The notes beneath the pieces are model-generated. The model was given only the letters and a program-made list of their open reading frames with translations. It ran no database searches and was not told the origin of the DNA. From assembly GCA_964016885.1 (NCBI GenBank), contig OZ024746.1, positions 33,728,001 to 33,792,000 of the forward strand: a stretch of 64,000 nucleotides of DNA, given 5' to 3'. Positions within the stretch are counted from its first letter, which is position 1, and the number at the start of each line of letters is the position of its first letter. The translations under genes and the position numbers were made by a program. Shown one piece after another: positions 12,981-23,833 of the stretch. The stretch comes from Eledone cirrhosa (lineage: Eukaryota).

Positions 12981-14100
12981 TAAAGGTTTACATATACATA
13001 AACATAAAGTCATAGATGTATGTGTTGCAACCGGTCACGTTGTAGCTCTATGAAGAATTAATAAATTAAATAATCAGAGCAATATATCATAAATCATGTC
13101 CTTAGAATTATTAGATAAAATATCTACCATTTCCTCACCCAATTAGCATAATTAACCATATAAAAAATCAATTAGTCCAAGCTATAAGAATAAAGGCTCT
13201 TATGAAGAAATTTCCGAAAGCGGCCTCTTCGCGGTGGCCCCAATAGAGTATTTATCCAACATTTCGACAGCGTGTAGTAACTGACTAAATATACCATCAA
13301 CCATACACAATTAGGTGCAAATTCAAACTTAGAAGAAATGTGTACATATCGTAATTATATCTCTACCATGGTTTCATCCGTATTTTTAGACATCCAATTA
13401 ATAGGATATGTCTGGAGTATCGGATTCATCAGGAGACAAACTCAAAATTAGACATTAAGTTTTCCAAAGTGATCGCGCCAAAAATAGATTAAAAAATGAC
13501 TAAGAATCGTGACGTGGCAGTGGTCAAGTTAGAAAGAATGTGATTAGTTGCTTACGGCGGGTAGGCTTGTTGCTAGAAAGCGCAGCCAAATATCGCCCAA
13601 TTGTATCTCAATCTAACGGGAGATTATTAAATATAAAAGTTCACATATACATAAACATAAAGTCATAGATATATATGTTGCAACCGGTCACGTTGTAGCT
13701 CTATGAAGAATTAATAAATTAAATAATCAGAGAAATATATCATAAATCATGTCCTTAGAATTATTAGATAACATATATACCATTTCCTCTCCCAATTAGC
13801 ATAATTAACCATACAAAAAATCAATTAGACCAAGCTATAAAATAAAGACTCTTATGAAGAAATTTCCGACAAATAACCGAAATATACTGACTATATTTAG
13901 TCAGTTTCTACACGCTGTCGAAATGTGGGATAAATACACTATTGGGGCCACTGCGAAGAGGCCGCTTTCGGTTATTTGTCGGAAATTTCTACATAAGAGC
14001 CTTTATTTTATAGCTTGGTCTAATTGATTTTTTATATGGTTAATTATGCTAATTGGCAGAGGAAATGGTATATATTTTATCTAATAATTCTAAGGACATG
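12981..14100 (-). mobile_element. Retrozyme-like HHR element family H3: ~1.4 tandem copies of a ~650 bp unit plus an inverted partial copy
   Basis: ~12981-13218 repeats at ~13634-13868; ~13890-14100 is the reverse complement of ~13096-13292; no ORF; flanked by (TA)n. Confidence 0.85.
13359..13437 (-). ncRNA. Type I hammerhead ribozyme with extended stem II and palindromic stem III
   Basis: gtctc-CTGATGA-atccg...agacat..atgtct...cggat-GAAA-ccatgg-TA-gagat. Confidence 0.88.
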
Positions 14101-14102
14101 TA

Positions 14103-14130
<28 letters not shown>

Positions 14131-14134
<4 letters not shown>

Positions 14135-14542
14135 CAAAGACATGTTTTGAGTTAGAAACTCAAATTGGTCTCTTAGAATAAATTAGCTCTAGGAAAGAGG
14201 TATTTCGGAGCCGTATAATGTAATTGAACAGAAAAGAAAAACGAACACAGACATATACATATATGTGTTCAAATCGTAAGGGACTGCTGATGAGCTAGAA
14301 TTTTGGTATTCCTCTTCACAATTAATATTGCGAAACAGTATTATCAAAACTGTCCGGGTGATTGGTAGTTACCACAATTCGGGTTTGTATTTATTTTTCT
14401 TGATTTATTCTTAAATTGAGTCTGGCAAACCCTATTGTCTGTAGTTAGTATTCTTTTAACCTTAGCGACCTGGTCCCTTACGATTTGAACACATATATGT
14501 ATATGTTTGTGTTCGTTTTTCTTTTTTGCTCAGTTACATTAT
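14131..14542 (+). mobile_element. HHR-bearing fold-back element family H4
   Basis: ~70 bp inverted repeat ~14215-14284/14473-14542 encloses an HHR; internally deleted homolog at 50110-50375. Confidence 0.8.
14284..14357 (+). ncRNA. Type I hammerhead ribozyme (GUC site)
   Basis: ctg-CTGATGA-gc..(34 nt)..gc-GAAA-cagt-attatcaaa-actg-TC-cgg; stems I and II are short or imperfect. Confidence 0.7.
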
Positions 14543-14551
14543 CTATCTATC

Positions 14552-14614
<63 letters not shown>

Positions 14615-14617
14615 TAC

Positions 14618-14667
<50 letters not shown>

Positions 14668-15401
14668 ATGTGTGTGGTGTGTGTGTTTATGTGTGCGTAT
14701 GTGTTTGTTCGTGTGTCTGTATATATCTGTATCTGTATCTGTGTCTCATTGAAATAGAGGTGTTGCTATGCGTCTTCTTTATCTCTTTTTGTCGATAAGA
14801 CATCACTTTACCACCGGATCTTTCCAGCGTATTGCGATCGCAAGTAATGCCTTTCAGCATTGGTGTTGTTATGATAAATACTAGTTACATGTGGAACACA
14901 ATGAGATAGACAATTCTTAGACGCAAGTATATGGCAACTATTTCATATAATAGCAAGTGAGCATATCTCTCATCTGATATGTTTCTAAAACTCCGGTTCC
15001 CTATTTCTAATGTCTTGAGATGCACCTTTATGTTAAAACATCATATTTCCACATTTCTTTCTGAATAAAGTGCCAACAATATTCAATATAACAGATCTAT
15101 TAGACAACCCGCTATATTGTTCAAACCACCGTACACTGCTTTCACCCAATCATCTTATTGTAAGCTTCTGTACACACCCCACACTGCCTTTCCACTTTTA
15201 CTTTTATGTACGGATACTTTTGATTAATTATATCATGTATTATCGAGTTCATTACAAAAGACATATATTTCTTTCATGTAATTCAAGTCTTGTGACATAC
15301 ACACACATTCATACGCGCGCGTGTATATATATATTTATTATATATAAATATATATGTGTATACATGTATGTGTATGTATGTATATACATATGTATTCTAT
15401 A

Positions 15402-15434
<33 letters not shown>

Positions 15435-15435
15435 A

Positions 15436-15467
<32 letters not shown>

Positions 15468-15563
15468 GTATATATATACGCATATATGTATGTATATATA
15501 CATATATATGTTTATATACATATTTATGTATATATATATATATATATGTATATATTTATGTAT

Positions 15564-15608
<45 letters not shown>

Positions 15609-15613
15609 GGAAC

Positions 15614-15661
<48 letters not shown>

Positions 15662-15664
<3 letters not shown>

Positions 15665-15808
15665 AACATGTATGACCCCGATGGCAGAGCTCAAGCCATT
15701 TCGACGGCTATTTCTGTCATAGATTTTCCTATTACCCACTCTACTACCATAAGTATTGAGTAATCTGGTGCGTTATGTTCCATCTGGTTGCTTACTACAA
15801 CTCCTTCG

Positions 15809-15812
<4 letters not shown>
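15662..15812. repeat. Family H5 mini-element (homolog of 45606-45806)
   Basis: Shared gaccccga.ggc.gagctcaagcc.tttcgacggcta and ttcctattacccact..actacc.taagtattgagta...ccttcgtta. Confidence 0.8.
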
Positions 15813-15896
<84 letters not shown>

Positions 15897-16342
15897 ATGC
15901 GTATGTGCGTAAATGTGTATGTTAAAAAAATATTATCGTATTTTCATTTCCATTGAATTTGAATATTAATAAGTCATTACTAATTTAAAACTACCATATA
16001 GTTGTTGGGAAATATTTAGAAAGCTAAAACTGATATAAAGTAAAAATTCGTATGCACATGACACAGCTACAAAACCAGACGCATCAAATAGAGACTCAAA
16101 CAACCGCCTAGGCACACATAAACATACGTATACATCTAGACCTCACAGAAATGAATAACATAATTGAAAAAAGACTAGAGCAATAGCAAGAAGCATAACA
16201 CCAAAAATATTGATTATAATGTAAATAACTAGAAGAGCGTAAAAATTTCACTAAATACATCCTAATATAATGAAATGAATTTTCTAATTAAATTTTCATC
16301 GTCATATATATATATTACATATACATGTATGTGAATCTGTCC

Positions 16343-16390
<48 letters not shown>

Positions 16391-16893
16391 TGTGTATGTG
16401 TGTGTGCGTGTGTCTCTGTATATGTGTGCATACATGAGATATATCTGTGTATGTGTGGAAGAAAAATTAAACACTATATATATATATATATATATAAAGT
16501 GCAAGTTTTATAAATTCGTATTTTTCTATTATGAATATTTTAAACTTATAATTTACTGAAGTTGTACAAATCTACAAATGTCTGGAGACATTGCTATAAC
16601 TTCTTTCGTTTAAGTTATATGGTGTATTAAAAGTATCTACAAAAATGTATGTATGGATGTATATGTATGGATGTATATGCTCAATGAAAAACAATACCCC
16701 TACTTCAATTGGTAAAGGCTACATATATTTGCGGCTTATTTGTTTACACTACATCGAACCAAAGCTGAGAATGCTAGATGCTCGAGCTGTGTATGTTAAA
16801 CCTGCTACATGCAATTTACAGAAGCCTCAATACACATACACAGAAATTCATACATACACACCTATATTTCATATATTTACGCACTCACACATA

Positions 16894-16936
<43 letters not shown>

Positions 16937-17153
16937 AATCGATCGACTTTCGTCAAATCGGACCGAGGAAACAATGTTTCCATTGGTCTTTCCAATTGCT
17001 AATACTATCTATCGGTCGCAACTCCAGGTAGAAGGAGCAACGTGAAATAAAGTGTCTTGCTCAAGGACATAACGCATCGACTGGTCCAGGAATCGAACTC
17101 ACAACCTTACGATTGCAAATCCAATTTTCTAACCACTCAGCCACACGCCTTCA
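16937..17153 (-). mobile_element. tRNA-derived CORE-like SINE
   Basis: - strand tggctgagtggttag (A box), gagttcgattcc (B box), gtccttgagcaagacactttattt (CORE-like motif). Confidence 0.75.
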
Positions 17154-17154
17154 C

Positions 17155-17195
<41 letters not shown>

Positions 17196-17207
17196 TATAT
17201 AGTGGTC

Positions 17208-17842
17208 ATTTATTAATTCTTCATAGAGCCACAAAGTGACCGGTTGTAACATATATAACTTTATGTATATGTGAACCTCTATATTTAATAATCTCCCGTT
17301 AGGTTGAGATGCAATTTGGCGATATTTGGCTGCGCTTCCTAGCAACAAGCCTACCCGCCGTAAGCAACCAATCACATTCTTTCCAACTTGACCACGGCCA
17401 TATTGTGATTCTAAGCCATTTTCGAATCTAATTTTGGCGCGATCGCTTTGGAATACTAAGTGTCTATTTTTGAGTTTGTCTCCTGATGAATCGGAATTCT
17501 GTGGATTTTCTCTTAATTGGATATCTAAAAATACGGATGAAACCATGGTAGAGATATAGTTACGGTATGTACACATTTCTTCTAAGTTTGAATTTACACC
17601 AAATTATGTATGGTTGATTGTATATTTCGTCAATTTCTACATGCTGTCGAAATGTTGGATACATACTCTATTGAGGCCACCGCTAAGAGGCCACTTTCGT
17701 TTGTTTGTCGGAGATTTCTTCATAGGAGGCTTTATCCTTATAGCTTGGTCTAATTGATTTTTTATATGGTTAATTATGCTGATTGGCAGAGGAAATGATA
17801 TATATTTTATTTATCTAATAATTCTATAGACATGATTCATGA

Positions 17843-17845
<3 letters not shown>
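17208..17845 (+). mobile_element. Family H3 monomer (~635 bp), circular permutation of the 12981-14100 unit
   Basis: Reverse-complement homology over the whole unit; its two ends are near-adjacent sequences in the tandem array. Confidence 0.85.
17478..17555 (+). ncRNA. Type I hammerhead ribozyme (family H3)
   Basis: gtctc-CTGATGA-atc...gat-GAAA-ccatgg-TA-gagat; core and stems I and III identical to 13359-13437. Confidence 0.85.
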
Positions 17846-17930
<85 letters not shown>

Positions 17931-17937
17931 CATATAT

Positions 17938-18071
17938 AGTGGTAGAACACTGGAAGGTAATATCCGTAGTGGTAGAACACTCAGTCCATGGGACGAGTTA
18001 TGTAGAAGTGGTTACACAACAGTTAGTTCACCATACCGAGAACAATTGCTTCAGCTTAGCGGAACCTCAGC
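17938..18071. repeat. Family H1 one-arm copy with degenerate HHR on the - strand
   Basis: Near identity to 2290-2422. Confidence 0.85.
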
Positions 18072-18912
18072 ATTACATAGACATATGTACACTATATTCT
18101 TATCTTTACATTGTACTTCAGTACATCAAAGGGTATGTACTACTATAGTAATACATACCCTTTTCAAAGACCTCTCTGTATAGATAAGAAATGCATAATC
18201 TGTAAACTAAGCCCCCATATTAACTATAAAATTAGAAACATAGTATATAGTATAAGATGTACTGAAGGACAATGTAAACATAAGAATATAGTGTACATAA
18301 TTGAGACAGCTCGTAGTATAGGAGAACGATTAAATGAACACAGGCGAGAGCTTCAAGATGGAAAAGATTCATCAGTACTCCACCAACATGCTAAAATAGA
18401 ACATCAGGGCAAATTAGAGAACACAGAAATAAAAATAATATCTACACACAGAAAAGACGCAATGTTTAGACAAATCACAGAGGCAATAAACATAAATGAA
18501 CTCCAACCAAAATTAAATAGAAAATACGAATGGAATAGCAACATCACAACTTACAATTAAGGAGAAAATCAAAACACACACACTTTGAACAAGCAATCAA
18601 CCAGTATCATGTAAATAAACAAAAAAATAAACAAATAAAACACACATAGTCACCCGGATCTAACACATGCGCAAACTAAGCACACAACACATACAAAAAC
18701 AAGATGGCGTAGTATAGAACAACGGAGAAGCACAAAACAAAGAGAGAATCCCCAGTGACAATATATGAACATCTGTCCGGTTGTGGAACAAACCAACCAA
18801 CCAACCGGAAATTTATAAATTCTTAAATTCATAAATTTAATTTATAATGAATTGGAGTGGGACGGTTGGTGCGTGTGTTTCTTATTAGCAACATGACCCT
18901 CCCAAAGTATAA
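18072..18912 (+). mobile_element. 5'-truncated Penelope-like element (GIY-YIG plus pseudo-LTR), same family as 59260-63176
   Basis: ORF 18111-18560 IVYSIRC..YIIETARSIGERLNEH; 3' part matches 62906-63176; ~18083-18128 is a short 5' inversion of ~18257-18298. Confidence 0.88.
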
Positions 18913-19467
18913 AAAACATATATATATATATATATTTGAAAAAAAGGAAAAGAATGACTTCACTTGTAGCGTTAAATAATTTGATTTAATTTTATAATAT
19001 TATAATATTATGAGTAGGTAGATCTAGTAGGTTCCTTGTTAACTTCGGTGGCAAGAATGTTAAAGATTCCTGGTTAACTTCTGTTGGAGAACTTTCTCGC
19101 ATTCGTCGGTGGCGATTGTCAAACTGATATCATGTTGTGTTGAGATGTGTGACTATATATAAGAGAGATTTGGATGTGTCTGGTCTATGGGGTGTCGTGT
19201 CAATGAGTGTTGATGATGATAAAGATTTGGAGGAATTAAAGCATACATACACACACACACGCGCGTACACACACACACATACACACACAAATATATACAC
19301 TCAGAAAATGGTGAGGTTGCAAGATAAGGGTGTTTCAGAAGGTGCTTGTAAAGATCCCCTTCTGGTGGTTTTATTTCATTAGCTGAACTTTGATGAGTAT
19401 ATAATGGCATAGCTGAATCAAGACTCTTAAATTTATAAAGAATATATTCTACAAATTTCTTGACTTT

Positions 19468-19652
19468 GTTTAGACTTGTGATGTACTTATATTGACAGAA
19501 TCTTCCTTAGTATATGGGCAGTTTCCATTAGTACTATCTTTTGTATTTCTCCTATACGCAGGTTTCCTGGGATTTGCGAGATTATGTATCATTCCTAGAG
19601 CGCCTACAACAACTTGTATTGTTTTAGTTCTCAATGTCCACATTTTTCCAGT
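19468..19652 (-). mobile_element. Short, internally deleted 3' fragment of R4/Dong-like family B
   Basis: Matches 23957-24160. Confidence 0.85.
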
Positions 19653-19689
19653 TTATTATTATTATTATTATTATTATTGTTATTGTTAT

Positions 19690-19952
19690 TCCTTGAATCT
19701 CAGTCATTGATGTTGGTTAACTGGAAAGTCCGTTGGATTGAATATCAAGCCACTACCTGCAGCCTCAGATATTCAGGACGTATCGGAGGGTTCTTGCCGT
19801 TCCAAGCAAGCATGCCCTTTTCACCTCCCACTTTAGGTCCTGATATCGGTTAATTTTCTCCCTCTCCTTCTCTTGCACTCTCGTGTCGAACGGGCAGGCC
19901 ACATCCACAATCAGGCACGATCTTTTTCTTTGTCCACAACCACCAGGTCAGG

Positions 19953-19955
<3 letters not shown>
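19690..19955 (-). mobile_element. Short 3' fragment of R4/Dong-like family A
   Basis: Matches 29110-29500 with deletions; (TTA)n on both sides. Confidence 0.88.
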
Positions 19956-20020
<65 letters not shown>

Positions 20021-20021
<1 letters not shown>

Positions 20022-23000
20022 TTTGAGTCTCAGTCATTGATGTTAGTTAACTGGAAAGTTTGTTGAAATGAATATCAAGCCACTACCTGCAGCCTCAGAT
20101 ATTCAGGACGTATCGGAGGGTTCTTGCTGTTCCCAGCAAGCATGCCTTTTGAAGCGTTCCAAAAAGCGTGAAGGGGCCAATTTTCTTTAACCATCCCTGG
20201 AAACTTTTTGAGATAGTTCCTAGTGTGCCTATGACAATCGGGATCACTTTGACATCATAGCAGTTCCAAATCCTTTTTACCTCCGACTTTAAGTCTTGGT
20301 ATCGGTTAATTTTCTCCCTCTCCTTCTCTTGCACTCTCGTGTCGAATGGGTAAGCCACATCCACAATTAGGCACGATCTTTTTTCTTTGTCCACAACCAC
20401 CAGGTCAGGTCTATTGTGTTCCAGTTTCTTGTCCCTCTGTATCCTAAAATCCCACAACACCTTCACCTGATCGGTTTCTATCACCGACTCTGGCTTATGC
20501 TCATACCACTTCTCAGAATGTGGTAAACTGTTTACTTTGCATAGGTGCCAGTGGATCACCCTGCCCATCACATCATGTCTCCAGCCCTTATAGTGAGTCT
20601 GGGCTAGGTGTTTACACTCGGATACAATGTGAGCCACAGTCTCCTCTCTCTCTCTCCACAGATCCTTCACAGTCGGCTAGCCTTCTCCTTGTAAATATGG
20701 TGTTTCAACCACTTAGATTTGAGGGGCTGCTCCTGCGCAGCCATTAACATTCCTTCTGTAGCCTTTTTAAGGTCTCCTCTTTTCAACCAGTTCCATGTCT
20801 GTGGATCTCTGAATTCAGTTTTCCCAAAGAAGGTACTATGAAGGGATTTTTCCTGAAGGCTGCTCTTTTTCCTTGATGTTATTTCCTCCTTGGACATCCC
20901 TTGGCCTATTGTCCCCCTCCTTCAGTACAGTTCTGATCATTGGCTCCTTACTATCAGTCACGTATTTGTGTAGGTTGTTTTTCTCCATCTGAACACAGTC
21001 CTCTATGCTGATAAGACCTCTTCCACCTTTAGATCTCCTCTAGTAGAGTCTATCGACATCACTCCTCTTGTGGAACATGTTGTAGATAGTCAATAGCTTC
21101 CTAGTCTTCTATCCATTTCTTTTTGTTCAGCAACATTCCATCTCAGAATTCCCGCACTGTACCTAATAATAGACACAGCTCGGGAATTTACTGCACTTAT
21201 GGCATACCTACTGTTCAGATGTGATTTTAATACGCTCCTTATTCTCCGAATGTATTCAGTTCTTATCAATTCCTTCATTTTTTTGTTCTTGATGTCATCA
21301 GCCTCCAGAACACCCAAATACTTGTATCCTTCTTCAGAGTCAATTTCCTTTATCATCTCACCCGTTGTTACCTGGATTCCGTTACTTCTGCTCAACTTGC
21401 CCTCTTCATCACAATGACTCCACACTTACTAATACCAAATTGCATACATATATCACTGCTGAAAATACGGACAGTGTCAACAAGCAGATCCAACTCCTTC
21501 TCACTCTTCCCGAAGAGCTTAAGATCGTCCATGAAGAGGAGGTGATTGATGATAAGCCCTCCCTTTCCCAACCTGTATCCTGCTCTCACTTTTCGCAGTA
21601 CACTGGTCAGAGGCATGAGGGCAAAGACACACAACAGAGGGGACAGACTATCTCTCTGGAAGATACCTCTCTTGATCTTCACGCCTCCCATGGATTCTCC
21701 AGTTGATGTTAACTCTGTTTCCCAGGACTTCATACTTTTGCGCAACAACTGTCTGATGTTATCTGCCACCTTGAAGATCTCCAGGCTTTTGGTGATCCAA
21801 GAATGAGGCACCATGTCAAATGCCTTTTTGTAGTCTATCCATCCCATGGCAAGACCAGTGTGTCTCCTCTTGCAATTCCTCATTACCATCTTATCAATAA
21901 GTAACTGGTCCTTTGTACCACGTGACTTCTTTCGGCATCCTTTCTGTTCGTCCGGTAACAAGTTTTTTGTGTGGAGGTGATGGTAGATTTCCTCAGATAT
22001 AATGCCTGTCAACAGTTTCCACATTACGGACAGACATGTGATAGGTATATAGTTGGTAACATCATTACACTTGATTCGGTCTTTCATTATCAGAACTGGG
22101 GTACCTTTTGTCAACCACTCTGGTACCTCACCTGACATCAAGCAGTCATTGAACATGGTTGTCAGTTTCGGGTGGAGGGATGTTATATTTTTAATCCAAT
22201 ACCCCTGCACACCATCTGGGCCTGGTGATTTCCAGTTGGTTAGTTTTTTGGCCTGCCCCTTAAGAGTTTCAACTGTGATACTCAAATCAGTTTGTTGGTG
22301 TGCCTGTTCACTAATCTCCTTCTGTACTGTCTCAATCCACACTGCCTGGTCATTATGTTTAACATCCTCCTCCCATATTCCTCTCCAGAATGTTTTAGTT
22401 TGTTCCGCCTCAGGGATCAAGTCGTTGCCTCTTTCTTTCCCCTCAAGCTGTCCAAACAGCATCTTCTGGTTGTTCTCGAACATGCGGTTCTGTCTATACT
22501 GACTGACTCTGTTCTCGTATCGCCTGATTTTTGCACTCTTTGCTACAATGCGTTGCTTCAGTTCCTCTATGATAATATTTAGCTTTTTCCTCCTAGTGTT
22601 GTACTTTATTTCCAGTCTATTTTTAGTGTCTATGTTTTTTAGAGTCCCATTCAGTAGGGACTCAAGCTTTCCAATGTCATTTCTCATTTCCTTGATTTGA
22701 CCACTCAGTCGTTTCTTCCACCTAGGATCTGATCTTTCTTGTCTGTTGTTTCCTCTCGCTTTTATACCAAGTAGTTTCCTCACCGTATTTGCTGTTGCTT
22801 TGAGGATATTGTTGCACTGGTGAAGGCTCCTCGCCTCAAGGTATGGGATGACTTTGTTTACCTTAGCTGTTGTTTCTTTTAACTTTTTCCTGTCTACAAA
22901 TCTTAGGTTCATAGGTCTCCCACTATCATTGTTCAATTCATCTACCACTAAGTTTAGGATATCAACCAAATCTTGTCCTAGCCCGTCAGAATCCATCTTC

Positions 23001-23808
23001 TCAGTGGCCGTATCTCTGTTCCAGGTATTATTTATCTCAGCATTCAGATCATTGTCTGCTTCGGGTGGTTCCTCCGTTCTCTCGAACTCTTCACCTTCAT
23101 TTCCCACTGGCTCGTTTGCCTGGCATACTCCACTCTCCATCTCCAAGCTAATCTCTCTGCTCATTTCCTCCAGTTCCAGCTCGCTTATCCACCCATTAGT
23201 TCTTATTACCCGAGCCTGCCCGGCCAATTTTTGTTAATCTAATTTAAATAGACCAATCTCGTTCCAGATGTTATTCATCCGTTTCCTATAGCCTTTCTCC
23301 TTGGGGTTACTCTTCAGGTAACATTGCATAACAGTTCTATACAATTCTTTCGTCCAGTTGGTTCTGGTCCCTTTCCTTCTTCTTCTTCCTCCTCCGACAC
23401 CAGCCGTATTTGGTTGACAGCTAGGTCCCTGCTGCTGAGCCAGGCAACACCTGTTGGGTGAGAGTCTGTCACATGACATTCTAGTGTCCATTTCGCCGTT
23501 ATTCGAACTGTTTAGGTTCGACATTTAAACACTCTTATCGAGGATTGGCGAATGTATGGTTACATAAGCACCGGTGACCTCATCACCTCCGGTGATTTCG
23601 TCACTCCCGGTGATTTTTGTGTGGCATTATCACGCTGTAGACGAACATAAATAAACAAACAAACAAACAGCCAAAAAAAACCCAAGAACGAATAAGCATA
23701 AGTTTCATTGTAATGTAATGTTTGAATGTCTGACTTAGTTTTTCCCTTCCCTTCTCTGTCCGTCTGTTTGTTTTTCTCTTCATTTTCCTTTTCTTTACGT
23801 TTTTCGTA
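20021..23808 (-). mobile_element. Full-length but disrupted R4/Dong-like RLE non-LTR retrotransposon (family A, copy 1)
   Basis: ORF pieces 23524-20095: KSPGPDG, YKKAFDMVPH, LLFMDDLKL (RT); RHD, RPDLVV..DVAYP..EK..RY (RLE); several stops and frameshifts; (TTA)n flanks. Confidence 0.92.
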
Positions 23809-23833
23809 ATTATTATTATTATTATTATTATTA

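Noticed and set aside
7434-14100. Repeat arrays as possible CRISPR
   Set aside because: Units are hundreds of bp with no unique spacers, no cas genes, and the context is eukaryotic
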